Shown: positions 10,073 through 20,031 of the stretch, piece by piece
Layout of the letters: each line of letters opens with the position of its first letter
How positions within the stretch are numbered: position 1 is the first letter of the stretch
Assembly (NCBI GenBank): GCA_016208765.1
Contig: JACQXK010000009.1
Location: forward strand, 118,255-182,254
Origin: Candidatus Omnitrophota bacterium
GTDB lineage: Bacteria > Omnitrophota > Gorgyraeia > Gygaellales > Profunditerraquicolaceae
Direction: 5' to 3'
Length of the DNA: 64,000 nucleotides
The notes under the pieces: generated by a model
Databases searched by the model: none
What the model saw: the letters and a program-made list of their open reading frames with translations, nothing else
What the model was told of the DNA's origin: nothing
Position numbers and translations under genes: made by a program

Positions 10073-10079
10073 ATTTGCC

Positions 10080-10697
10080 ATGAATGATTTTAAACCAGAG
10101 AAATTAAAACGCACCGGTTTCGTTGAGAAATGGGCTCATGCAGAACAGACTTCTGCATTTTTGGGGATCAGCCTTTACGCTATTATTATTTTTTGTATAG
10201 CCTTATTGCTTACGTTATTTAAGGTATCCACAAAGCCCCAGGCCATTTATTACATCCCAAGCGCACAAGAAGCTGGCATTGCTTATCCTAACCGCATAGA
10301 TAAAACAATGATCTGCGGTTTTGCTTCAAACTGGCTCTTAAACCGCAATAACTTCACTCCCGCCACAGTCAAGGACACTTATCAAAGAGCAATGCGTTAT
10401 ATGGCGCCTGGGCTACTTTCCAGGACAAAGGCAAGCCTGGAAGATGAAATATTAAGAGTTACGCGCGACAATATCTCTTCGTTATTTTCCCTAAGCAAAG
10501 AGCCGGAATTAGAAGACTCAGGTACGGATTTTAAGGTAACGCTCACTGGAGAAAAGATTATTTTCATGGGCAAAGAAAAACTTGATGATCGTATTCTTCG
10601 TTACACTATGACCTTGCAAAGAATTTCGCCTATTGAGACCAACCCTTACGGAATAGTGATAGCGGGAGTAAAACAGGAAGAGGTAGAGACACAATGA
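10080..10697 (+). CDS. traE: TraE-like (VirB8-like) protein
   Basis: single N-terminal TM, NFTPATV, C-terminal NPYGI; order L-E-K-B-V-C. Confidence 0.7.
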   Translation: MNDFKPEKLKRTGFVEKWAHAEQTSAFLGISLYAIIIFCIALLLTLFKVSTKPQAIYYIPSAQEAGIAYPNRIDKTMICGFASNWLLNRNNFTPATVKDTYQRAMRYMAPGLLSRTKASLEDEILRVTRDNISSLFSLSKEPELEDSGTDFKVTLTGEKIIFMGKEKLDDRILRYTMTLQRISPIETNPYGIVIAGVKQEEVETQ

Positions 10698-11416
10698 AAA
10701 TACTTAAAAAGTTATTTATTTTAATGCTTGTTTCTAGGTTGGTTCTTACGGGGCAAGTTAATGCTTCAAGTGCATCGGATTACAGCGATGAGATTACCTT
10801 AAGGTTAAAAGCAGGCATGATTACCGAAGCTGAGTTTTCGGAAAAAATCACCAATGTCACAAAAAGTGCGGCAAGCGACATGCTGCAGATTGAAACACTC
10901 GGAAATAGGATTTTTTTGCTGCCCAGAGAAAATTTAGAATCGCAACTATACGTAATCACCCAGGACAATGTTTCCTATTGCCTGCATTTAATCATGGATG
11001 AAGCACAAGCTCCTACCCGCATAAAAATTAAGAAGCCTTATCAGAAGATAAACGAAGAGCAGGCCAATGTCACGGCAAATACGGTTGAACTAATGAAAGC
11101 GCTTCTTACTGGCAGGCAACCGGCGGGTGCAGTCAGCTCCAGGCTGCATCCCCAAGAGATTTTTAATAACGGTAAATTCCGTATAGTTATAGATGAGGCT
11201 TATGAGTTTTCCAATAATGTAAAAGCCCTTGTTCTGACTTTTGAGAACTTGGATCATAAACCGCTTGTCGTACCTATTGAGCATATAGAGCTTCCGGGTT
11301 TATTGGCCATAAGCATAGACAGTCAGATATTGGAGGCAAAGCCTTATGGCACTAACAAGAAGCATTCAAGTTACGCTACAAAGGCTTACATGATTGTGGA
11401 AGGGTTAACACAATGA
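10694..11416 (+). CDS. traK: TraK-like outer-membrane core protein
   Basis: signal peptide, ELMKAL, position between traE and traB. Confidence 0.65.
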   Translation: MKILKKLFILMLVSRLVLTGQVNASSASDYSDEITLRLKAGMITEAEFSEKITNVTKSAASDMLQIETLGNRIFLLPRENLESQLYVITQDNVSYCLHLIMDEAQAPTRIKIKKPYQKINEEQANVTANTVELMKALLTGRQPAGAVSSRLHPQEIFNNGKFRIVIDEAYEFSNNVKALVLTFENLDHKPLVVPIEHIELPGLLAISIDSQILEAKPYGTNKKHSSYATKAYMIVEGLTQ

Positions 11417-12648
11417 AAATATCGCTTGATAAGATTCCCGGTTTTAATAAGCTTCCGCCGGTGCTGCGTAATAATCCGAAATTAGCTTTCGTGATTATTT
11501 CCTGTCTGGTTGTGGTTCTAATATTTTTGCTGTTTGCAGGAAGCAAGGAAACCCAAAAAATACAGAAAAGCCTGGGGTTAGTTGAAGCTAAGAAGGGTGC
11601 CGGCTTGACGGAGGATAAAGATGTCGGCGTTTTAGTGGGCTCTGTGGATACAAAGTCTTATGTTTTGCGCATTGAAAAGCAATATTACGACATCAGCTCG
11701 AAGTTTGATTCTTTGAATGAGCGCATCGGAGCACTTGAAAAGAACGATCAGGATTTACGTAAAAACCTAGGCGATGTAAGCAGCATTGTCATGGCCTTTG
11801 ATAAGAAAGTAACGGATAAATTTGAGCAGAAAACCGGCTTAACAAAGAAAAGCCTTGAGCGGGGGCAGAGCATCGGTTCTATTGAAGAGGCGTTAATTAA
11901 TCCTTTTTTCATGTCGCAACCAGCCGGCAAGACAATTAATCTGGAAATGGCTAAGGTTGGCGAAATAAGAAATGAGGAAAAAGCTCCCGGGAAGAATTAC
12001 GTTTATCTTCCTTTGGGCAGCTTTGTCAAATGTACTCTTCTTACCGGCGTGTATGCCCCTGCTAATGAAAGCAACCCCTTGCCGGTATTAATCAGCGTGG
12101 ATGAAGCTTTTTACGGCCCGAATAACACAAGGATTCCCTTAAAAGGTGCCTTTGCCATCGGCAAGGCAGTGGGCGATGTGGTCTCGAAAAGGGCAATCAT
12201 TCAGATTGTAAGTTTTTCCGTAGTATTGCCAAATGGACAAGTTTTTGAGCATGAGGCGAATTTGGGGTACTTGGCTGATAGCGACGGACGTTTAGGCATA
12301 CAGGGTGAGTTAATTTACAACACAGGAAAACAATTAGGCCTGAATTTTTTATCCGGATTCCTTGCAGGAGGCTCTGAGGCGCTCTCCCAGGCAGAGACCT
12401 CAACCGTTACCGGCGCATATGGACAAACTTCAAGGAATGTTACCGGCAACACCGGACGTTATTCCATGTTTTCAGGCCTGGCTAATAGCGCGCAAGGGAT
12501 GTCAAGTTACTATCAAAAACAGTTAGAAGCCATGATCCCTGCGGTAAAAATTGAGGCAGGAAAAAAAGCTGTTTTAGTTGTCCAGAAAGGAGTGCAAATT
12601 GAAGGCCTTGAAATTTCCAGTGATAATTTTGCTTCTCTTGATGACTAG
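11413..12648 (+). CDS. traB: TraB/VirB10-like protein
   Basis: TM, coiled coil, YLPLGSFVKCTLLTGVYAP, DGRLGIQG, YY...PAVKIEAG. Confidence 0.85.
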   Translation: MKISLDKIPGFNKLPPVLRNNPKLAFVIISCLVVVLIFLLFAGSKETQKIQKSLGLVEAKKGAGLTEDKDVGVLVGSVDTKSYVLRIEKQYYDISSKFDSLNERIGALEKNDQDLRKNLGDVSSIVMAFDKKVTDKFEQKTGLTKKSLERGQSIGSIEEALINPFFMSQPAGKTINLEMAKVGEIRNEEKAPGKNYVYLPLGSFVKCTLLTGVYAPANESNPLPVLISVDEAFYGPNNTRIPLKGAFAIGKAVGDVVSKRAIIQIVSFSVVLPNGQVFEHEANLGYLADSDGRLGIQGELIYNTGKQLGLNFLSGFLAGGSEALSQAETSTVTGAYGQTSRNVTGNTGRYSMFSGLANSAQGMSSYYQKQLEAMIPAVKIEAGKKAVLVVQKGVQIEGLEISSDNFASLDD

Positions 12649-13000
12649 CGGATGTGTTGCGTCTAAAGGAATAGTGAAGGACAGCCCAAGCAGGGTAATG
12701 GATGTATACCTGGAGGCTGTTTCTGGCGGAAGGATAGATGCAGTTAACTATATAAAGGAAAACTTAAAAATTGATAAAGCCTTTGGCTATGTAAAGCCCT
12801 ATGTTCCGGTGGTTGAGCCTGCGGATGTGCGCATGGTATGGCTGCCGGCGCATAAGTCAAAATATTCATCTCAAGTTTTAGTCAGCGGCCATTGGGTTTA
12901 TGTCATGGTGAAAGATTCACGCTGGTTTATTGATACACAAGCTAAAGGTGAAGCAAAAATTCCCTTGATAGTCCCTTATAAGGAAGTTAACAAAAAATGA
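12599..13000 (+). CDS. traV: TraV-like lipoprotein
   Basis: lipobox TSGC; RMVWLPAH...GHWVYVMV...RW; TTG start inferred from the AAGGAG RBS. Confidence 0.7.
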   Translation: MKALKFPVIILLLLMTSGCVASKGIVKDSPSRVMDVYLEAVSGGRIDAVNYIKENLKIDKAFGYVKPYVPVVEPADVRMVWLPAHKSKYSSQVLVSGHWVYVMVKDSRWFIDTQAKGEAKIPLIVPYKEVNKK

Positions 13001-15534
13001 TGAAGACGCAAAGCATAGAGTCTTTTCTTGAAGAAGGCAAATCCTTTACAGAGCTTCTGCCTTATTATGCTCATGAAAACGGTTTTTTTGTGCTTAAAGA
13101 CGGAAGCCTGGGTCAGGTTTGGGAAGTTTCCTTAATCGAGAGCGAGACAAAATCCGTTGCTCATTTAGAGCAGTTAGCTCAGATGATAGAAGGAATCATA
13201 ATCCGGCTTCCCGAAGACCTGGTCAGTTGCCAGTTTATTCTTATGTGTGATGAAGATATTGACGATAAGCTCCAGAGTTATACGGATTTTTCCAAGGGTT
13301 TTGACAACGAGATAATAAGAGAGGCCGGTAAGGCTAAGCTTGGGCACCTTAATTTGGGAAAGCACGGTTTTTTTGAGCAGCATACAGGGCGCTATTCCTC
13401 AAAGAGAATACGCTGCTTTTTTACTTTGCGCTATTTTCCTTCCTGGTCGCATACAAATTTTTCCGATAAGCTTCAGTTCTATTTTACCGGGAGAAACAGG
13501 ATAAAAGAAAAACTCTCAGATGATTTCTTGGTAAATTGCCAGAGTATAACCCGGTTTTCGGATGTGGTGGAAGGCGTATTTAAGGCCTGTGAAATCAGGT
13601 ACTCTAAACTTTGCGAAACAGGTCTGCACCGGCTGCTTTATAAACTGCTGAATCCTAAGCGCGCGGATACCTTGCCTATGCCGGTATTTAGGGAATACGA
13701 GTCTCTTATAGACCAGCTTTTATATAACTCGCCTCGTGCCTCGTTAGAAGGTTTTGAATTTGAAGATAGATATTTTAAGGTGGTTACTTTAAAAGAGTTG
13801 CCTCTGTCTACGGAAACAGGCATGTTCACCGCAGAACTTATCAGGGGAACGCGTTTTTCCATGCTGGATTTATTGAAAGATTTTATCATGGTGATTAACT
13901 TTTACATACCAAAACAGGAGGAGGCAATAAGAAGGATAAAGATGCAAAAGGCCTTTGCCTTTATGCAGCGCTCTACATACTTCGGTGACAAGTCAATTGA
14001 GGCCTCTGAGAAAAAAGAGGAACTTGATTCTGTGATCAGAGAGACATTCAGTTCAGGCCACAAAATAATCTATCCAAGGATTCATTTTATTGTCTCGGAA
14101 AGCTCGCATGACAAATGCGAAACTTCCATTGCCAATATCTTAAATGTGTTATCCCGCATGGGCTGCGAGGGTCTAAAAGAAGAAATTATCGGCGCATCAT
14201 TATTTTTATCCTGCCTGCCTTTGTGTTTTGACCACGCTTACGAGAGATTTATTAAGCGCACCCGGCGCATGATTTCTTCTAACTTGAGCGACATGCTTCC
14301 TTTATACGGTTCAGTCAAAGGAACTCAAACCCCTGCGCAGGTGTATCTCAATAGAAGAGGGGAATTGGTTAATTGGGATTTCTTTGATTCCAATACCAAT
14401 CCGCATGCGATTATTATCGGGGCATCAGGGGCGGGGAAAAGTTTTTTTGTGAATGATTTTATCCTGCAGAATGCCCGGCTGGACGCACACTTTTTTGTTT
14501 TAGATAAGGGAGATTCTTATAAAAAACTCTGCCAGATCTTAGGCGGCCAGTACATCAGGTTTGAACTGAATGATCCGGTGACCATAAATCCTTTCTTAAA
14601 AGAACCGGATGCAGAACATTTGGCATTTTTGGTCACGGTATTATCCGAGATGTGCTCAGGGGGCGATGAAAGAGAGCGTCTTTTCAGGGAGCAGGAAGGC
14701 GTTCTGCAAAAGGCGATTCTCTCTGCTTACCAGGAGAGAAAGAATAAAGATGAGGAAGTAACGTTATCGGATGTCGTCGAGAAACTCAAAAGCCATGCCT
14801 GTAACAGGAGGCTGGGATTAGGCGAGAGCATTGGCTTAAAGCTTGCCCTAAAACTTACGCCTTTTACCAGGGAAGGTTCATACGGCAGGTTCTTTGACGG
14901 CAGGAATCAATTTAACCTGGGTACCAAGTTTACCGTATTTGAGTTGGGAAATTTAAGCGCGCATTCCGATTTGCAGCTTGTAGTTTTATTAAACATTATG
15001 TACTTCATTACCAATTTTGTCTCATCAAGCGAAATGAAGCCTAAGCGTAAATTCCTGCTTATAGATGAAGCCTGGAGCCTGCTGCGTTTAAAGAACACCG
15101 CTGAATTTATCACCAATTCCTTTAAGACTTACAGGAAATACCATTGCTCAGCTGTGGCCATAACACAGGAGATAGTTGACCTCGTGGGTGGAGACTGCGG
15201 TATTGCCATCCAGGCAAATGCCGCAAACAAGGTATTTTTAAAACAGGAGCCAAATGTTGTCGATTCCCTAAAAACCTTTGCCTCTTTGACGGATAAGGAA
15301 ATAGAGCTCTTGAAATCTGTTGAGACACAGAAGGGTAAGTTTTCAGAGGCTCTGATTATTTCTGATACTTCCCGTGGCGTAATACGTCTGGTGCCTGATC
15401 CGTTTCTTTACTGGGTAGCTACGAGTGATGCAAAGGATAATGAATATCTGGAGAATAAAGTACAGCAATTTGAAGGTAAATATTTAGAAGCGCTTGAAGC
15501 TTGCGCAAAGGAGCGTCCTTATGGGATACATTAA
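12997..15534 (+). CDS. traC: TraC/VirB4 ATPase
   Basis: IIGASGAGKSF, LDKGDSY, YGRFFDG, LIDEAW, RKY...ITQ. Confidence 0.92.
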   Translation: MMKTQSIESFLEEGKSFTELLPYYAHENGFFVLKDGSLGQVWEVSLIESETKSVAHLEQLAQMIEGIIIRLPEDLVSCQFILMCDEDIDDKLQSYTDFSKGFDNEIIREAGKAKLGHLNLGKHGFFEQHTGRYSSKRIRCFFTLRYFPSWSHTNFSDKLQFYFTGRNRIKEKLSDDFLVNCQSITRFSDVVEGVFKACEIRYSKLCETGLHRLLYKLLNPKRADTLPMPVFREYESLIDQLLYNSPRASLEGFEFEDRYFKVVTLKELPLSTETGMFTAELIRGTRFSMLDLLKDFIMVINFYIPKQEEAIRRIKMQKAFAFMQRSTYFGDKSIEASEKKEELDSVIRETFSSGHKIIYPRIHFIVSESSHDKCETSIANILNVLSRMGCEGLKEEIIGASLFLSCLPLCFDHAYERFIKRTRRMISSNLSDMLPLYGSVKGTQTPAQVYLNRRGELVNWDFFDSNTNPHAIIIGASGAGKSFFVNDFILQNARLDAHFFVLDKGDSYKKLCQILGGQYIRFELNDPVTINPFLKEPDAEHLAFLVTVLSEMCSGGDERERLFREQEGVLQKAILSAYQERKNKDEEVTLSDVVEKLKSHACNRRLGLGESIGLKLALKLTPFTREGSYGRFFDGRNQFNLGTKFTVFELGNLSAHSDLQLVVLLNIMYFITNFVSSSEMKPKRKFLLIDEAWSLLRLKNTAEFITNSFKTYRKYHCSAVAITQEIVDLVGGDCGIAIQANAANKVFLKQEPNVVDSLKTFASLTDKEIELLKSVETQKGKFSEALIISDTSRGVIRLVPDPFLYWVATSDAKDNEYLENKVQQFEGKYLEALEACAKERPYGIH

Positions 15535-15973
15535 AAAGTTTTTAGCGGTTAGTTTTATTCTGTTCTTAGTAGGCTGCTCTACTTTTGGCAAAAAAGACAA
15601 AGTTCTTGAAGCAGGGTATCGCACCGGGGTAAGGGAAAATATGCAGGATTTTGCTCAAAGCTTCTATGGAAATGATTTTCCTTACTTTTATTGGGAAAGC
15701 CCGGTTGTGCAAAACGTTAAAATTCCTGCACACATTGAAAACGGCGTATTTATACCTGAGCATAATGAGCCGGTAGTGATTGATCCGGCCCAGTGGAGGA
15801 ATAAACCAAGTTATCCTATAAATTGTCCCAAACCAGAGAAGAAATCAAACAAAAAAGAAGGAGGAGAGCCGTATGCGTTTAATTACCTTAATTTTAGTGT
15901 CAGGGATATTACTGTCTTGCCCGAATCTTTTACTTGCGTTAAACCAGGAGCAAAAAACAAAGATAATCGCTAG
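15521..15973 (+). CDS. second TraV-like lipoprotein
   Basis: lipobox LVGC; KIPAH..NGVFIPEH...VIDPAQW resembles the TraV motif. Confidence 0.5.
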   Translation: MGYIKKFLAVSFILFLVGCSTFGKKDKVLEAGYRTGVRENMQDFAQSFYGNDFPYFYWESPVVQNVKIPAHIENGVFIPEHNEPVVIDPAQWRNKPSYPINCPKPEKKSNKKEGGEPYAFNYLNFSVRDITVLPESFTCVKPGAKNKDNR

Positions 15974-17411
15974 CGAGTGGAAAGAAGCACTAGCGCCAAA
16001 GAGAGATGTTACCGAAGTAAAAGAAACTCAAAACTGGCGGCCTAAGGAAAAAGCAGAAAGCCCTAAACTGGAACTGCCCCTAGTCTTTGACAAGAAGATT
16101 ACCTTGCGCTCATCCGGGGTAAGTTTAAAAACGCTTACTGCTAAAATCGGCGAAGTGACCGGATACAACGTTATCTATGATCCTGAGGTTGATTCAAATA
16201 CTAGCGTATCGCTTGATGTCCAGGACGTGCCTGTATGGCGTGCGTTGAATACCATGCTTTTTCCCTTAAGCTGCGGATTTAAGATAAAGGGTAATGATTT
16301 GATTATTCTTTCCAAGGAGACGCGCACCTTTAAATTAACCTTGCCGCCAAACACGCAGACCTTTTCTGATACCATCAGCAATGAATCATGGACAAAGCCG
16401 GATGAAGCGACTGCATCCTCTAGCAGCAATAACAATTCCAACATGAATATAAAGGTAGGGGCAAGAGTTTTTGTGGAAAGCAGGGAAGACGCCATGTCCT
16501 TTTGGAAGGATGTAGAGCTGAACCTGTCGAAGATGATTTCACCGACCGGAAAATACTCTTTTAACAAACTTGCAGGCTTGGTTATGGTAACAGACAGCCC
16601 GCAGGTCTTGGATAAAATAGCCAGCTACATTGACCTCGTCAACGCTGAGACTAACAAACAAATATTAGTTGAAGTAAAAATACTGGAAGTCACTCTTTCC
16701 CGCGAAAACACCTTTGGCATAGACTGGAATGCCATTTACAAGAACTTAGGCGACATAAAACAACTGACGTTATCTTCTAATTTTGCCGCGCAGAATCTTC
16801 TCAGCCCAGGGCTCTTTACTCTTACTGCTTCCGGCCCCAAAGAAGACTCAGGCACAGTTTCCAGCGGATTAAACGCGCTGATAAAAGCGCTTCAGTCGCA
16901 GGGACGAGTGGAAGTGGTTTCGCAGCCAAAGATAATGCTCTTAAATAACCAGGCAGCCATGGTTCAGGTGGGAACTGTGACGAGCTATGTTGCTAACACC
17001 ACAACTACGACCACACAGGCAGGCCTTGCTTCCACAAGTGCAACCACTGATCAGGTACAGGAAGGAGTATCTTTAAGGCTTATGGCAAGCATATTGGATG
17101 ATCAAATTCTGGTGCAGCTTACTCCTGTGGTAACCACACTTGACCAAATCCGAAGCATTAACATGGGGTCCGGCACAACCATTGAAGCGCCCAAGACTTC
17201 CACTAAATCCATGCACACCTTGGTTAAGATTAAAGACGGCCAAACTATCGCAGTTGGAGGTTTGATTACCTCTAACGACAATAATAGCGAGAAGGGCATA
17301 CCGCTTTTGCGCGATTTGCCGTTAATCGGAAAGTTTTTTGAATATAAGAGTAAGACCCATACGCGTACAGAGCTGGTAATTTTTATAACCCCTAAAATAT
17401 TACAAAGATGA
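15873..17411 (+). CDS. secretin (PilN/PilQ/GspD/MshL-like)
   Basis: QILVEVKILEV, GIDW, VVSQPKIMLLNNQAA, GIPLLRDLPLIG..F, ELVIFITPKI. Confidence 0.92.
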   Translation: MRLITLILVSGILLSCPNLLLALNQEQKTKIIASEWKEALAPKRDVTEVKETQNWRPKEKAESPKLELPLVFDKKITLRSSGVSLKTLTAKIGEVTGYNVIYDPEVDSNTSVSLDVQDVPVWRALNTMLFPLSCGFKIKGNDLIILSKETRTFKLTLPPNTQTFSDTISNESWTKPDEATASSSSNNNSNMNIKVGARVFVESREDAMSFWKDVELNLSKMISPTGKYSFNKLAGLVMVTDSPQVLDKIASYIDLVNAETNKQILVEVKILEVTLSRENTFGIDWNAIYKNLGDIKQLTLSSNFAAQNLLSPGLFTLTASGPKEDSGTVSSGLNALIKALQSQGRVEVVSQPKIMLLNNQAAMVQVGTVTSYVANTTTTTTQAGLASTSATTDQVQEGVSLRLMASILDDQILVQLTPVVTTLDQIRSINMGSGTTIEAPKTSTKSMHTLVKIKDGQTIAVGGLITSNDNNSEKGIPLLRDLPLIGKFFEYKSKTHTRTELVIFITPKILQR

Positions 17412-18592
17412 ACTACCTAATTTTTGATAACGATGTTTATTACGATATAGACGCTAAGACCGGCGTTGCATCTAAATACGCGATAAAGGCTGTTTTTGAG
17501 GGATCGACAAAGGAAGTTTCAGTTGCGGTTATCGACACTGTTCAAAAGCAGGTAGTTGCCCCGGAAAAATCCCCTTCCAAGAAAGACGAAGTTATAGCCT
17601 CAAGCTTTACAGGCGAATACCTGACGCAATCAGAGAGAATAGCGGAAAATTTATTTCAGGTTATCGCTGTCGAGAAACCCAAGATTAACGAGGTCTATAA
17701 ATGCCTTGGATTCGAAAATGTCCGGCTTGTGGTTCCCTACGGGATAGCCTTAAGAGAATTTCTGAAAAACAATAACATAGCTGGTGATAAGAAAAGAGTA
17801 GTCTTTCTGGACCATTTAGGCGATCAGGTTTTGCTTACGATTTTTAACAAGGATGTATTTACCACTCCCCGGCGCCTGTCAAAAGTGCTTCCGCAGGTTA
17901 CAAGAGAGTTGATGAGGAGCCAGGAAAGCTACAGGTCCCAGAATAAAACCGATGCAGAGATTAACTTCCTGATTGTTACTAACAGTAAAGAGATAATTGA
18001 TGAGATTGTTTCAAACGGCGTAGAAACAAAAGAAAATATTGTTTTTGTCCAGGATGCTTATCCGGCATTAACCGGCTTAAGGCAGGGTAAGTTTTCCATG
18101 CACTATATGCTGCCTGAGCAGTTTATCCGCTTAAGAGAGCTAAAAGAAGCAAAGAGGCGCGTTTTAAAACTCGGGGTAATGTTGAGTGTTTTGGCAGTTT
18201 TTCTGATTTTACTTTTAGCAAGCTTTAGCGTAAACAAAACCGCTTCCGTACATTTAAAAAATTTGCAGTTTGAGGAGGCCTCTTCTAATGAGACCTTAAA
18301 GAACGCCTACCTGGAAAAATATAAAGATATCTTAAGGCACGAGAAGAAGATAAATTTCCCTTATTACTTTAGCCTGTTTCTTCAGCCGCTGTCTCCCGAA
18401 TACAGAGTAGAGTCAATAACTATAAAGAGTTTATCTAATGGCCGTTACAGGTTTGAGGCAGTAGTGTCTTTAGGTACAAAGGACAAGCCTTTTACTAAGA
18501 TGAACCTCTCCCGCGTTTTTAAGCAGGCAAGAGTAGAAAACATTTTAGTAAAGGATAATCCGGGGCTAAAGGTCACTCTGGATATTTTCTAA
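17408..18592 (+). CDS. PilM/PilN(GspL)-like pilus alignment protein
   Basis: cytoplasmic domain, one TM, periplasmic domain; follows the secretin. Confidence 0.5.
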   Translation: MNYLIFDNDVYYDIDAKTGVASKYAIKAVFEGSTKEVSVAVIDTVQKQVVAPEKSPSKKDEVIASSFTGEYLTQSERIAENLFQVIAVEKPKINEVYKCLGFENVRLVVPYGIALREFLKNNNIAGDKKRVVFLDHLGDQVLLTIFNKDVFTTPRRLSKVLPQVTRELMRSQESYRSQNKTDAEINFLIVTNSKEIIDEIVSNGVETKENIVFVQDAYPALTGLRQGKFSMHYMLPEQFIRLRELKEAKRRVLKLGVMLSVLAVFLILLLASFSVNKTASVHLKNLQFEEASSNETLKNAYLEKYKDILRHEKKINFPYYFSLFLQPLSPEYRVESITIKSLSNGRYRFEAVVSLGTKDKPFTKMNLSRVFKQARVENILVKDNPGLKVTLDIF

Positions 18593-18603
18593 AAAAGAAG
18601 GGG

Positions 18604-18828
18604 GTGAAGCAGATGTCATTTATTATTGGAAAAGTTACGCGCAAGGTAAGTAAGCAGCATAACGAGTATTTTACAGGAAAGGTCTGTAATTTGCCGGTAA
18701 GGGCGTCTTGGGCAAAAAAGGGCCAGGATGATTTATGTTTATTCCTGGACACAGAGAAAATCAATTTTCTTTCAGAGCAGAACAAAGTTCCAGGCGGTGC
18801 AGGCGCTCAGCAAGAGAATAAACAATAA
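18604..18828 (+). CDS. small hypothetical protein
   Basis: 74-aa ORF with purine-rich RBS inside the pilus operon. Confidence 0.45.
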   Translation: MKQMSFIIGKVTRKVSKQHNEYFTGKVCNLPVRASWAKKGQDDLCLFLDTEKINFLSEQNKVPGGAGAQQENKQ

Positions 18829-18840
18829 CGGTTAAAATCC

Positions 18841-18883
18841 AGAGTGAGCCAGCCGGATTATTCAGGATCCGCTGGTTCACTCT
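18841..18883. terminator. intra-operon hairpin
   Basis: agagtgagccagc-cggattattcaggatcc-gctggttcactct inverted repeat; no clear U-tract. Confidence 0.5.
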
Positions 18884-18900
18884 CTAAACTTTAGAAACCC

Positions 18901-19386
18901 ATGAGAATAATAACCTTTGTTTTTGTAATAATAATTTTGGTCTTATCAGCATTGTTATGGAACTCTGCTTTGGATACCCGCTTTCTTTCCAGGCAGGCAA
19001 AGAACACCTCAGAAAGAATCAGCGCAGTTAAACAGGAGAAAGACGCTTTGCTTAAGTATAAAAGCCAAGCTTCGCTTCCCTTGGAAAAGTTTTATCTGGA
19101 AGTTTTTAACGATATAAAAGAATTATCTTTTTATTACCGCGCTGCTTCCGAAGTTAAGATTATTGAAGCAAAAGAGCTTGTAAATATACAGACATTTTTT
19201 AAAGAATCCCAATATAAGGGGATAAAGTATGTTGATGTCTTATGTCGGGTTGATTTAAAGAATCAGTTTGATACGTATTTATTTGATACGCTCTATAAAA
19301 TGCTAAAGGACAGGCCTATTGAAGTGCTCGAGGCAAGCTTAGAGAAAAACATCCTTAATTTAACCATGCGTCTTTACGGACCTTAA
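18901..19386 (+). CDS. PilO-like pilus assembly protein
   Basis: N-terminal TM plus coiled coil; operon position. Confidence 0.45.
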   Translation: MRIITFVFVIIILVLSALLWNSALDTRFLSRQAKNTSERISAVKQEKDALLKYKSQASLPLEKFYLEVFNDIKELSFYYRAASEVKIIEAKELVNIQTFFKESQYKGIKYVDVLCRVDLKNQFDTYLFDTLYKMLKDRPIEVLEASLEKNILNLTMRLYGP

Positions 19387-19394
19387 AAAGGAGG

Positions 19395-20030
19395 GTGAGT
19401 AAAATGAGAAGAATTTTGTTTCTATTTTTATTTTTCATGGCTATGGCAGGGTTTAAATACGCTTATTGCCAGGATAATCTTTTGGCGGTGGATGTCGTTG
19501 ATAACAAACAAAAGGCTTTAACACAAGAAAATAAACCTCTTGCCAAAGACGTGAATGTCAATAAGGCCGAAGCGGCTATAGAGGAAGTAAAGCCGCGTGA
19601 TGATTCTGAACAAGACCTTAAAGAAATAAAAGCCTATAGAGGGCTCTTAGAGAATAAACAAAAGGAACTTGAGGTAATCAGGCTTGACCTTGAGAAAAGT
19701 GATCTCATGTTAAAGAAAAGGCAGGCGGAAAAGGAGATTTATGAAATTGACAAGGCCCTTCCGCAGGGAAAGGCCGAAGTTTCTTCCTTGCCGGGTTCGT
19801 CTGCTCAAGCGGAAAAAGATTCCCTGGTTGATACCTCTGATATAAAAATACAGCTTCTATTGATAGCTGGTGATTTAAAGCAAGGCCAGGTCAGCTTAAA
19901 AGGTGTTCCTTACAGTTTTAAAGAGGGGGATTCTGTCGCCTCAAAATTAACTGCTCAAGAAATTGCAGCGTCGGGTGTTACCTTCAAGCAGCCAGATGGA
20001 AGTATTTTTAAGCTTAATTTCATAAACTAA
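19395..20030 (+). CDS. PilP-like periplasmic pilus protein
   Basis: signal peptide, coiled coil, C-terminal beta domain (FKEGDSV). Confidence 0.45.
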   Translation: MSKMRRILFLFLFFMAMAGFKYAYCQDNLLAVDVVDNKQKALTQENKPLAKDVNVNKAEAAIEEVKPRDDSEQDLKEIKAYRGLLENKQKELEVIRLDLEKSDLMLKKRQAEKEIYEIDKALPQGKAEVSSLPGSSAQAEKDSLVDTSDIKIQLLLIAGDLKQGQVSLKGVPYSFKEGDSVASKLTAQEIAASGVTFKQPDGSIFKLNFIN

Positions 20031-20031
20031 A

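Noticed and set aside
9990-10075. known riboswitch (e.g. c-di-GMP) in the traE leader
   Set aside because: GNRA hairpins are present, but I could not match a known aptamer consensus by eye; kept only as an attenuator.
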